Positions 47,876 to 60,223 of a DNA stretch of 64,000 nucleotides are shown here, piece after piece. The first letter of the stretch is position 1. Each line of letters starts with the position of its first letter. The stretch is from the NCBI RefSeq assembly GCF_000143415.4, contig NW_003314332.1:62001-126000 (forward strand), written 5' to 3'. The translations under genes and the position numbers were made by a program. The notes below the pieces were generated by a model. That model had not been told where the DNA came from. It was given only the letters and a program-made list of their open reading frames with translations, and searched no databases. This stretch comes from Selaginella moellendorffii (taxonomy: Eukaryota > Plantae > Lycopodiophyta).

Positions 47876-50314
47876 CTAGGTGAGGATGGATTCGGCGACA
47901 GTTGTATCTCCAATCGAGTTGGCCAAGAGTTGTGCCGGTAAAGCTGTCGGCTGGTTTCTCGGTTGCTGTGTGCTTGACTTGGGCTGTTCTTCGTCTTCGG
48001 AGTCGAGGATGACTAGTTCGGGTGGCTGTTGAGTAAGGTGCTTTTGTACTTTGGCAGCTAGCTGTCGGCGTTTCTTCCACTCCGGGGTTTGTTTCGGGTG
48101 CTCTGAGCCCGTGTCATCTTCGGTGTTTGAGTCTTTATCCGGTCGTTGTTGATGCTGTGCTCGAAGTTGTGCTCGAGTCTGGACTGCCAGAACTTGTGGT
48201 TCTGGGTCTTCTTTGGGAAATGGGAGTTCGTCGGCTTCGATGAGTCTGGTTGCCGGTGGTTGCTGTTGCTGTTGGTCTGGCTGTCTGGGCGGCGGCGGTC
48301 CGAGTCTCGGAGGGCCGGGCTGGTCTGGGATTCGGCATTGCCATGGGTGGCTGTTGTAGTTGCCTTGATATCTCTGGTCTTGATAGCCTTGATATCGGTT
48401 GTAGCCTTGATTCTGGTAGCGTGGATAGGCTTGGCTGTTGTTGTAGTCCATCTGGTTTTGTCGGTATTGTTGGTATGGCCGGTTGTCGGGTTGTTGGTAT
48501 CGGTCATTGAAGTAGGGTCGGTTGTTGTAGTTGTTGTTGAATCTCAGTGGTGCGTTCCATTGTCGCAGCAGGTAGTTGTTCCGGGGCGGTCGCCAGTTGT
48601 TCGGATGTGTGGCCGGATATTGTGTCGAATACTCAGGCTGTCGGGGAGGTCTCCGGGGGAAGTTGGAGATTTGTCGGACTTCAGGTTGGCTGCGGAATCT
48701 GCATGTCTTGGCGTCATGGTTGTCTTTCCCGCAGATTTGGCACTTGACAATCTGGAGTTTGCAGTCGGTGGCTGAGTGTCCTTCATTCTTGCATTTTGTG
48801 CACCAGACGCCGGTTTGGACATCGGATTTGTCGCCGGATGTGGTGAATTTGGTGAGGAGCTTCTGGATCTTTCGGATGCCGACTTTGTCCTTGGACTTGC
48901 CGGTGAGGCTGTCGAGGAGGTCGTCCTCATCTTCCTCGGAGTCGGAGTCTTCCGGTTCATCAACTCGTGCAGTTTGTCGGCGTATTTGAACTTCTTTTAA
49001 GTCTTTGGAAAGAGTCTTGTAATCGCTGGTGTAGATTTTGGTGGCGGCTTTCTTCAAGTGTGAAGCTAGTCCCTGCATGTACCACTGGTATAAAAGTATG
49101 TCAGTAGAAGAGCTCTTGCAGCGGTTGGCGTGTTTGGTGAAGCGTTCGGTGTATTCTTCCAGAGTTTCGCCAGTACGCATCTTGATGTTCTGTATCTTCT
49201 GAAGCTTCTCTGACTGGCTGAGTGCTGACTTGAAGTGGTCGGTGAAGGCTTTGGTGAGCTCGTCGAAGGTGAGTTTCGGGTCGGTCGTCTGAAGCCATTC
49301 TCCGGCGCGTCCTTTGAGGGTGCAGCCGAAGAGGAATGCGAGGTTGTCTTGCTGGCCGTTGACTCGGGCGGCCTCCTTGAAGCGAATGACGTGCTTTTCT
49401 GGGTCTTCAGTCTTCTTTCCTTTGAATTGTGGGTAGGTGACAAGCTTGCCGATGACCGTGTTGGGGAGTACCATTGTCATGGTGACGATGTCTGGGGGAA
49501 TGTCTGGTAGACTGTGTGGCAGAGGGTTCGGTGGAGCTTTTAGCGGGACGTTTGTCGGAGCAGTTGGTGGAGTGTTCTGTGGTGGCAATGTTGATGTTGA
49601 TGGAGAGGATTGTGGGAGTATTACCTGTAAGTCCGGTTGCTGAAGATCGATGTCTGGTTCTGGTTGTTGGTGGGGTCTGCTGAACGCCTGGTCGAAAAGT
49701 TGGTCAAGTGTGTATTCGGAGGATTGGCCGAACTCGTATTGCTGGTGATGTGCTGGTCGATCGTCTGGGTCGACAATGTATATCGGTCGGAGGCCGTAGT
49801 CGACTGAGTTGAGCTTCGGGGAGTCTGGTTGTTGCTGGAAGTTGTAGAAGTCCGGTGCGGAGGCGAACGGTGTGGTCGAGGTAGAAGCTGATACTGGTGT
49901 CAAAAACAGTGTGCCGAGGACTGCTGCTGAAGCTGTCGGTACAGTCCAGGAGAAATAAGTTCTTGGGTCGGTCTGTCCTCGGAAGAGTGGGTTGTGGAAG
50001 CTGTGCTGGGGAGTGTGCTTAACTTCTGGCTGGGTCTCTGGCGGGTTCTCCGGTGCTGCAGTCGGAGAAGCAGGCGGTGTCCTAAAATTCTGGTAGCCTT
50101 CTAAAATCTTTCCGGCGTCTTCGCCAGCTGCAATTTTGGGAAACAATTCATCAGTAATGTACCTTTCTCTTTCAGAAACTTGTACAAAGTGGGACCACTG
50201 GGTGGCTTTTTCTTTTCTCTCTTTCTCTAGTCTTTTCAACTCTCGCTGGAGGTGTCGTTGAAGTCTTTCGGTGTCTTCTTGTTGTTTGCTGGCTGCTTTC
50301 CTCGGCTTGTTCAT
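47876..50314 (-). pseudogene. Gag with long N-terminal extension and two CCHC zinc knuckles
   Basis: 812-aa ORF with YPQFKGKKTEDPEKHV and WCTKCKNEGHSATDC / KCQICGKDNHDAKTC. Confidence 0.9.
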
Positions 50315-52658
50315 GCGGCTCTCTTCGGCCGTGGGTTCTTGTACACTAAAACTATCTTGGATGTTGGTATCTCGGGGATGAAGGTCTTCATCAAACTCTC
50401 GACTTGGTTATCGGTGATGGTGTCGGGTATTTGGCTGAATGTCGAATCGATGTCGTATCTTCGGGCCTATAGCATCGAAGCTAGTCTCCGGCAGTAATTA
50501 TTGTATAATCTTCTAAAGGTTACTATGCAAAGATGAAAGATGTGGTGAATTTGACGTCAGTCAATTGAACAAAGTGTGTTGCCGGAAGAAGGTCGTGAAT
50601 CTTCTGCCGGATGATCTCTTGGAGCTTATCGGGGAGTTGACTGATTCGGTGTAGTAGTGATTGGAGAGCTGTCATGCAGGTCGGTCGAAGAAGTTGTTGG
50701 GATGTCGTCCGGGCTGGTGTTTGGGCGCTCAGAGGAAAACTCGTCCGGAAGTGGGTAGCAGTCGTACTCCAGAAGTTTCTTCTTCGTTTCTTTCTTCGGC
50801 GTGGGTTTGTCGGTGGAGTCTCCAATCGATTTGTTGACACGAGGTGCTGAGTGCAGGCTGGTCTTCCAGGTGCCGGTGCCGAGATGAAGCTCGACAAAGA
50901 GTTTTGGATAGTTGGACTGGTTGGGGTGATCAGACCCACTTTCGTCGTCAATGGTCTCTAGGCCAGCGTACTCGATGGCGTGGTCGAACAGAGTCTTGGC
51001 AGCGTGGAGATTAGCATCGTGTCGTCGTTGGATGGTGTCCTTGGTGCTGGTTTGGGCGCTCAGTCGGAGAGTCTGTCGGAAGATTGTCGGTGAGTTCGGG
51101 AGCTTTCCTTCGGTGACTTGGCCGATGCCGGGATAGAGTGTCAGAGGCTCGTCGTAAGAGAACGTGCGACTGATGTGTGGAAGAAGCGTTGGTCGGGAAG
51201 ATCTGTTGCCGGAATTCTTGCTGTTCTTTTGTCTGGTCGGTAAAGTAGAGCTGTTGTCGGAGAAGAGTTTGGAGGGTCTGCCGGCGAGTTCTCTGGCTTG
51301 CAGCCGGTGTTCTTCTGCTCGAATTCGGAGTTGGGCTCTCAGATTGCTGGTCGGAGAAGATCTCGGAGGAGATGCTCGGGCTTGCTGTCGGTTCCTCGGT
51401 GCTGGCCAGTGAAGAGTTCGATGCTGATGTTGGGGTTGATTGCAAAGGTCTTCTTCTCCTCATTCGGATAGAGCGCTAGGAGGTCTTGTTGAAAGATCTT
51501 TAATTTCTTCGAAAATTTGTTGGTGTAGTTTTCTTCCTCTAGTAGTCGCTGCAGCGAGGCGTGTTCCGGGTACCCATGTTGGTGGTGGCATACTCGATGT
51601 GGAGAGAAAGAGTGGTTCTTGAAGTTCTTGAATCTCTGCACACAAGAAAATTTCAAAAAATGCAAATGGTTACCAGATTCTCGTTCCTTGATCTCTCTCA
51701 GCGATCCATCCCACCGTGGTTGCCAAATGTTTAATGGTAAAATGTGAGATGGATGAGAATGCTGCTACCCCTAGAACTCGATCTGAGAGCTGGCACCTGA
51801 TCTCCGGAGGTCGCCAGCTGAGGAGGGGTGCAAGAAGTGGTGGATCGGCGGGGAGAGAGACTCAAGTCAAAGATAATGCAAATAGAGGGTGCGATTCAGG
51901 AGTCTTGAAGTACAATGGAATGGGAAAGGAGATGGGGAACCCTAGCTGCGCTGGGGTCTCTCAAAACCACTCTCCTGTTGGTGGTTCTAACCGCCAGCAT
52001 ATGCCTAGAATAGAAATAAACTAGTAGTCATTTGAACCTGGCTTTCAGTCGTGAGTGGAGCTGCTCCTGGGCGTGCATGTGTTAGGGGAGGTTTCCATTC
52101 CGTCAAGTGAGCAGCAGAACACCTTGGTGCCTTTACGGACAGGGAAGAGTGATAAACTTTCCCATCGATATGCTGGTCCATATGAAGTGCTGGAGCACAT
52201 TGGTAAAGCGGCTTATCGGGTGCGGCTGCCAGCTGGGGTGAAAATTCATCCGGTATTTTATGTCAGCCAGTTGCAAGGTGTACTATCTCGGAGTGACAGG
52301 CCCAATGTCTCCTTGATGTATACGGCTATGGAAGATGGACCAAGAGCTTGAGCAAGGTTCCCCAGAAAGGGTGATCACCGGTACAACTCGTCCTTGGGAC
52401 AAGGACTTTGTTGGGGGGGAAGAATTGTTAGGTGCCAGCTTTGACTACATGGTCAACGTCAGTCAAAGGGAGGCTCAAGGGTATATTAAGGCATGTTAGG
52501 GTAAGGGACTTAACCTACCCTAGGGCTCACAGTGGAGCGGCGGCACAGTGGAGCTTTTGAGGTAGCTCGGGGGTGGTTGGGTGGTGAGGAACCTCAAGAG
52601 GTGGCGTAGCATAGTCTAGGGCGACTAGATCTCTGTCTTTTTGCAACAGATCATAACA

Positions 52659-55336
52659 AATATGCTAAAGGTGACTGTTGACTTCATTGATGATGTCTTG
52701 ATCCACTCAGAGGGGACGTGGGAAGAACATGTCCATGATGTTTGTAAAGTGTTAAATCAGCTACAAGACATTGGTTTAAAGCTAAAGAAGTCAAAGTGTG
52801 TATTTAGGTTCAAAGACATAACTTATTTTGGGTATAGTATTTCTTGTGAGGGTTTGCAAATTGATCCTAACAAACTTGTAGCTATTCTAAAGTATGTGCA
52901 GTGCTTTCTGGGAAAGGTGCAGTATCTCAGTTGTTTTATGGATCATCTTTCTGATCACATTGTACCATTGTGAGCATTACTAAAGTCATCACCATCATCT
53001 TTTATCTGGTTTTTAAATGATGAATGGGCATTCATGGATCTCAAAGAGCTATTAATGACTCCTCAAGTTTTGGTATATCCTGACTACACTTGATTTTTTA
53101 TTTTGCACATGGATGCTTTTAATATTGGTCTTGGAAGTGTGTTAATGCAAGAGAACCCGAATGTGCCTAGTCAACACCATCCCATTGCATATATAAGCTA
53201 TATATTACAACTAGCGAAGGTGAACTACTTCACGACAGAGAAGGAGTGTTTAGCAATAGTCTAGGGTTTCAAGAAACTTCATGCATATTTACATGGTTCT
53301 TGGACGTTACTAAAAGGCAATCATGCTGTTGTTACTTCATTATTAAAGCAAAAGAACCTGGTTAGTCATATTGCTTAGTGGGATTTGAAGCTTCAAATAT
53401 ATAATTTTGATGTTATTCATCGTTTGGGGAATTCTATGGTTGATGCTAATATTGTTTCTCAAGGTCCTTTTCTTTCTTCACTCTCTTCTCATGTTTCTAA
53501 CGAGCCTATTATTTCAGCATCTATGGATTTTCTAGACGAGGATTTTGTGCCGTTAGCGGTGGTTGTACTTGATATTCAGTGTCCACAAGGTGCAAAGCAA
53601 GATTTACCTTCTCTTGATGAAGTTCGCGAGGCTCAAAAAATTGAGCCATAGATTCAAAATGGGTTTGAGAATCTTGCATCACTTACTGATGACTTACCAT
53701 TTCGACATTTGCATTCTCAATATCACCTTAAAAATGGCCTTCTTTATTTTTTAGGGACAGATCCTAATGATCATTTATGGTTGGTGGTGCCTTCCATCTT
53801 TATTCCACGGTTTCTTCATGTTTACTATGATTCTCCTGTTCTAGGCGGGCACATTGGACATCGTTGTATGATCAAGAAGCTACACAAATCTTTCTATTAG
53901 CCAAATATGTGACGTGATATTATCTGAGAAGTGCATAGCTGCATTTATTGCCAAGCTCGTAATACTCCCCCTCATGTTGCAGAAGGACGGTTGGAGTCAA
54001 TTGCAATTTCCCATCTATTTGAGTTTGTGGCATTTGATCTTATAGGACCTTTTCCACGATTGACTGCTAGCAATGAATATATTATTATTGCTTCTGATTA
54101 TTTGACCCGTTGGGTGGAAGTTGGTGCTCTTGCTAGCGCCTTTGGATACTTCCTCCTCAATCGAGTGGTGTTCCAGCGTTTTTGTTTGGAGCGGATTTTT
54201 TCAGATAATGGTCCCGCATTTATGGCTAAAGCATTTCATGTTTTGATGTCTTGGTTGGGGATATTGCACATCATCCACAGTCAAATGGTTTACTAGAATG
54301 ACTTGTTCGGATATTTAAAGGAATGATCGCGAAGTACATGAACTTTCAGCATTCAGATTGGGATGGCTATTTACCGTCTCTTTGGTATGCATATATCACA
54401 GAGGTGTAGAGTTCTGTTAATACTTCACCATATAAACTTTTATATGGTCATTATTTAATATTACCAATGGAACTAAGTTTACCTTCGTGATTGCTACGAG
54501 CTGCCAATACTACGTTGTGGGATCAATATTTGAAGAGCATTCTTCCACTTATCTGAGCAAAGTTTGCCGAACACTTAAGCTGTGTACAATTGGGATAACA
54601 ATGGCATTATAATTCCCACTTATAGAGCACAAAATGGATGACTTAGTGTTAGTCTATTTTCCCTGTCTTATGGTATATAGTTTATCTAAAGGGCTCTTTG
54701 CTCAATGGAAAAGACTGTATTGGGTGTTGCGGCAAGTTGAACCAAAAGTTTATAAAGTTTGGCATGATATTTAGCAAGCCGATCCTTTATAAATTATGCA
54801 TATGTAGCAGTTAAAACACTTCATATAAAGGGATTAGGAATAACTGATACCACCTATAAATTCACCAATGCCTCCTCTTAACATTCCTCTAGAGAACCTT
54901 GATGGTCTTCCATTATTCCGAGAGAAGAGGATGATATGAGGTCCAAGTGTACGACTATGATGCCGTATACTAATATTAGCATAGTGGGATTTTGGTAGCT
55001 ATTGGATTGATTTTAATTTGGACCACTTGCTTCTATATATAAACTAGGGCTTTTGGGCTAATTGATATGCATATTTTTTGTATTCCCTTTCCATATTCTA
55101 TGCACTTACAATGTAATATTTAAAACTTTTTATATTATTTTTATGAAACTATTATCAGGAATACATAGTTAATACTATAATTTTCATGAATAAAGTTTTA
55201 AACACTATAATTATTTTTTACTATTTTTTATACTAATATATCTTGTATTTATCCTCTATAAAATTTATTATATTGGTGTAGATCTTGCTTTAGATTACCC
55301 CTGCTGCCTAGCTCTATTCTACTAAAAGACTTCATA
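52659..55336 (+). mobile_element. Old Ty3/Gypsy 3' remnant (RT C-half, RNase H, integrase, PPT, probable LTR 54935-55336)
   Basis: DFIDDVLIHS, NYFTTEKECLAIV, FEFVAFDLIGPFP...IFSDNGPAF. PPT GAGAGAAGAGGA. TATGAGG...CTTCATA termini. Confidence 0.8.
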
Positions 55337-55339
55337 CTA

Positions 55340-56060
55340 TTTGTATGGTGTGATGGAAGCTGTAATATAGAATGGATTCATGTTTCCTGTAGTGCACTTG
55401 AATTTGGAGCCGAACTCCAAGCCCGTTGCACTACGAACAAGGGTCCGGTACAATCCCACGAGCACCAGCTCCCCGTATCTAGCACCTACATGCAAAATGG
55501 TGTCAGATGGAGTCTGGCACAATTTTGGCATACCGGTGGCCTAACGCGAGGAGGAGGGTACTCCACCGACTAGAGCAGCGTGGAGCTTGGGCTTAGACCC
55601 AAGCCGGACGCAGAACAAGGAGCGACACAGCCTAGCGGGAGCCAAACTAATGTCTCAGGTGGTCGAACATGCATTCCAACCACTATCCCTACTATACATT
55701 TGGAACCCCCCACAGCCCCCCCCCCCCCCCCCTCCCTTGAGGGACACACGCTTTGGGCTTTCACCCCAAGCCTCCCTTAGTACCAGGAGTTAGTCTCTGG
55801 GACAAGTCCGAAACTTACTAAATATGGAATAGCCTTAGATTGCGAATTTGGACACGGGATGAACACCATTGTGTTCAGGCCGATCTCTACATTCCGTAGA
55901 TATGCCAAATGAGCGAATCTAGACACTTTTCATAAATAGCATATAGGACCGAAATGAGACTAACACTAAGGGCATGATAGCGAGGGTGTTTGGCAGACAC
56001 GGTAAGCTATCATCCGACAACATTGAGGGACTAGTCTCAATACGCGAGGGTTTTTGTCAC
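55340..56060 (-). repeat. LTR-like fragment related to the LARD LTR
   Basis: Shares CCTACTATAC-TTTGGA...CGCTTTGGGCTTTCACCC with 21780-21850. Boundaries uncertain. Confidence 0.4.
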
Positions 56061-57816
56061 TAGCCAGTGCAAGACATAATGAGACGGGAACTCTTTACCG
56101 GGCTAAGTATGCTTAGCTAATAACACATAGGAATTCCTTCCTTATGCTCGTCCAGTCTAAGTACACTCGAAATGCCCAGTTAACTCCACTAGCACAAGAG
56201 GGGTTACTAAAGGGATCCAACTGTACCGATTTTCTGCCGTCATGGCAGTAAGGAAAGAGTGTCCGTAAGGACTGGTCAACAAGTATCTTTCGATACCCAA
56301 AGTCACATTCGCGACATTTCCAAACATGACACCAACAATCCATTACATGTATCACAGGGTTTCTAACTTTGGTGAATTGTGGCTTATGCCAGCAATAGCA
56401 TAGTTCCATTCCATTGTTCGAGCAAATGGCTAGGATCTGTCTAGGGCTTTTCATGGAGGTGGCGGCGCTGGCCTTGGTGGCGGAGGAGCAGTGCTTGTTG
56501 CTGTGGGATCTCTTCCAATGTGTGGAAGTATCAAAATCCTGGTGCGAGACAATCCGATATAATTTAATAAAAAAATGCTATTTTACAGCTCAAATATATT
56601 TGCTTCAAATGCCACCACATGAAGAAAAGGTGCTTGCCAATGTGGGGTATTATATAAATGCTCATCAAACAATACTTTCAATAAGGACTGTAAAGTAAGA
56701 TGTTACAATTATGATTCTATTTGATCTTACAAAGTAGTCTTTAGATGTTTAAGTAGTAAAATAATATAGCTAGCTTAATTTTAGGGTGTAAAATTTTTAA
56801 AATAATGTATTACTAATTTCAATGTATTCCTCTATAATAATTCCTAGCAACTAACTGTCATGGGGCTCTAGACAAGTAAACTGTCAAAAGAAGTTCTTAA
56901 TTATGCTGAAATGCACTTGCATTTTCACTTAGACTTCTATTTAAAAAATTATTCTCATAATTCTAGGGTTATTATCTCTGGCAATAGAACATCTTCTTCA
57001 ACTACTTCCTTAACAATGATGTAGCCATAGTAATTATAAAGAGTGTTGTTGCACCAACTTTTGTATCAACTAATGACACTTATTTATTAGGCATTGAGGT
57101 GAAGAATTGTCATATCCACTTAATATTATAACACTCTATATTTTTAGGTCTTCTAAGGTTTGAATCCACCAATAAGTTGAGTAAGTAGGTTGTATGCTAC
57201 TCTTATATGTATTTACTAAATACATTAAAATCCTTGTAAAACTGATTTCAAATTATAGGTTCTATGTCAAAGTTGTTGTAAATAAATATATATTTACCAA
57301 AGCAAAGTTAAAAGTGGGAACATATTGCTTGCAACATTTGCCCCCTATGGAAAAATTCTATGGTAGTCCTTATTTTTAAAGCATTTGCCTTCCAAATTAA
57401 TGTTAAACTTTAAGTCCTCATAGGATAGAGAGCTTGCAATTATCAGTAACATAATTGAATGCTATGTGAACACAAATAATTGTCCCCAAATTGATAAGCT
57501 AGAACAAAAGTATTGAACTTCTAAAAAAATAGCTTATACTTAAATTTAAGAAAAACTAAAGTTGAGACAAACTTAAGATCAAGAAAAATAAATTTAAAAA
57601 AACTTAAATAAATATTTATTATCAAAATGCTAGATGGAGTGATTGGTCCACTTCCTTCACATTTTTATCTTCTTCTATATTTTCAATGAGATGGAATCCA
57701 AGATCTTGCTGAAAGTTGGTGGCATGATGCTTATTAATATGTCTTTACTTCCTACTCCTCCAAATGCACAAAATTCTTTGTAAGTGAGTGAACTTTTATA
57801 CAATGAATCATATTAG

Positions 57817-58010
57817 TGTAAACAATTAAAGACAACGCCTTGAGAGATAATTCATAAGGATTCAAATATAGAGGGAAAAAGTTTATAAGAAAGAGTGCAT
57901 CCCCTTTTCAAAATTGTTAAGGGTCTTAGGGTTAAAATTTGAATAATATTGAATTAGGTAACATTTCAAAAAGTTTAAATTAAGGAGTTTACATTTAGTA
58001 TCAAAAAGGT
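57817..58010 (+). mobile_element. Highly degenerate Cassandra LTR plus PBS remnant
   Basis: TGTAAACAA...TTCAAATATAGAGGGAAA...GGAGTTTACA followed by TTTAGTATCAAA. Confidence 0.7.
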
Positions 58011-58201
58011 CTGACTCTTTTACACTATATATTGAAAATGACATTACCAAATAAATAAATAAACAAATAAACAAATTTAAAATAATATATAGAGCTCAAA
58101 ATTGTTTATAGAATTCTCTACACCACAAAAAAAAAACAAGAAACCTTTACCAATGCATTGTTTATGATTAAGAAACCACACTTAAGAATAATGTCATACT
58201 A

Positions 58202-58330
58202 GCCATGCTTTATTTATGTTGTTGGCTAAACTGTCCTCAAGAAATTATAGCATTCAATACTTAAGAATTGCCATGGTTTATTTATGTTGTTGGCTAAGTT
58301 GTCCTCAAGAAATTAAAGCATTCAATACTA
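58202..58330. repeat. ~68-bp tandem duplication
   Basis: GCCATG-TTTATTTATGTTGTTGGCTAA...AGCATTCAATACT occurs twice. Confidence 0.85.
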
Positions 58331-59457
58331 TAGGAAGAAATAGTTAGACTCAACTAAAATAAAAGAGCTTCAAGGGAAGGTCCTTGAATGAAAGTATCCT
58401 ACTTAATGAGGTTGAAATTTATAGCAAAATCATTCATTAGTTTGTCAGCCAAACATCTTACTATAAAAGTGTAAATATCATAGATAGTGTCCTCCATATA
58501 TTAGTATAGCAACTATCTAATGTAGTAGACATTGATTATTGTATAAACCCAAAGGTACCAACCTAAAAGGAAATTTAAAAATACAAAATTTAAAATAAAA
58601 ATATTTATTATTGTTAATAAGCCTTATGCACATAAGGTAGATACATTGTACAATTTGCAATCGATCACATGGCAAAACATCTCCTATATCTTTGTGGTTA
58701 AATGCCTCTTGAATAATCCTTGCAAAAACCTTCATTTCAGCTCACTTAAAAACACACAAATATTCTAAATTCTTTAATTTCTCCCACCAAACTTTAATGG
58801 GAAAAACTTTTGAAGCTTGGGTGTGATTTGTTGTGGATTCTTATGGACATAGGCCATCTAAAAAATAATAACATCTTTTGTAAGTATTGTTGGGTGGTGC
58901 CTAATGTCCAGCCAATTTGTTTCAAGCTATGATCACACAAAAGATAATGGTAAACAAAGCATTTTACATTTCAGATCCAAAGTAAATGTGAAGTCTTGAG
59001 AAGTCCAAACTACTATATCAAATATTCACTTTTATAGGATATTATTGTAAGTTGATTATCATGATGAAAAGAGGGTGTAGATTGTCCTCTTCTATAACTA
59101 TATAACACATGTGATTATAGGGTGAGATAAAGGTTCTTTTATCAAGTAATTGCCCTTTTTTCCAATTGGCTTAAAGGGAAAGAGATGGGGTGTGCTATAA
59201 ATTAAAAGTGCAATTAATAAACATGTGCTAATATAGATTATTCTCAAAGGTATAATAGCACAAATCAAGGATATATTTATAGCCTATAGTGTTAAGGTTA
59301 GAGACATATAAAGTAGAAAACTAGGTAAATCTTCCCTATAAATTCTGAATATCTAACAATCATAAAGATGCTAAGGAATATTCTTTTCTCAATTGATGAC
59401 AGTTCAATATAAATGTTCAAAGCACACTTTAAAAAAAATTCTTCCATTTATTACTTA

Positions 59458-59600
59458 TGTAAGTTCCTAAATTTAGCCTTTCCAGGAATTCAAACCCAAG
59501 GACACTTAACCCTAAATATGTCAAACTTTTAATTTATTGAAAAAAAGAGCATACTTAGTCTTTTCCTTTTATATTTGAACCCCTATAAATTATTCTTTTT
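59458..59600 (-). mobile_element. Degenerate Cassandra LTR fragment
   Basis: TGTAAGTTCCTAAATTT...TCAAACCCAAGGACACTTAAC...TATATTTGAACCCC matches the 26017 LTR with an internal deletion. Confidence 0.65.
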
Positions 59601-60223
59601 AAATTAGGATTTCATATATTTTAGGTTTGATATTATGTAAAGTTGTAGCGTAGAGAGTATATACACACCTTTCCATTATAGGTATCAATTAATTATTTTG
59701 ATAAAAACCTCCTTCACATAATTTGGTATCTTCTTCTTGTATTTATCATGGTATTCCTACTTAAGATCTGACATTCACCAATGATTCCCTCAAGAGAAGA
59801 AACATCTCGAATGTGCTTGACAAACCTAAGCCTCATTCTGTGTGCAAAGAGCTCTAATACAAGGTCGTCTTCCCATTGCCTACAAGCCTAAGCATGAGAG
59901 CGTTCCAGGACACCGAACGCCTTCCAAGCACTACTGTATTTAATAGATGTGTTCTCTATGATAAATCATCAATCCCTAGATCTTCCTATCGCCTTGCAGG
60001 TTGCAGCCAAAGTAGCGATGGAACTCAAGAATTCCACGAGTCTCCATGCGATCACTGCCGCTTCATCCCCTCCATTCTCTGGGCATTCTCTCCACAAACC
60101 TCAAAGCGATGATCTTAAAGATACCATTATTTAGTCATAGTTTGAAAGAGAGGAGAGCGTGTAGGTTTTCTGCGCTCGCATAGGGACACGAGTAAGCATT
60201 CAAGGGCCATCGACGTCAAGGCC

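Larger units (their letters stand above)
41244..52097 (-). mobile_element. Full-length non-chromovirus Ty3 element (Athila/Selgy-like), tRNA-Arg primed, with extra 5' and 3' ORF regions
   Basis: 370-bp LTRs at 41244-41613 and 51728-52097 (6 visible differences), TTCCG TSD, PBS TGGCAACCACGGTGGGA, PPT AAGCAGGGGGCAG. Athila-like RT-RH-IN with no chromodomain and no second RNase H. Confidence 0.93.
40463..52658 (+). mobile_element. Ty3/Gypsy 3' half (integrase, GPY/F motif, PPT, 233-bp LTR 52426-52658), split by the 41244-52097 insertion
   Basis: ISIDFITCLP...IISDRD...HPQTDGQTERVN (40497-41243) resumes as [26 protein letters not shown] (52103-52300). PPT GGGGGGGAAGAA. LTR TGTTA...TAACA. Confidence 0.8.

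Noticed and set aside
43076-49643. Many plus-strand ORFs (e.g. 44051-44836, 45884-46702)
   Set aside because: Antisense shadows of the codon-biased gag-pol frame.
56100-59400. Coding-like fragments in AT-rich DNA (56113-56454, 58517-58735)
   Set aside because: No motif I can assign; probably very old TE or pseudogene debris.
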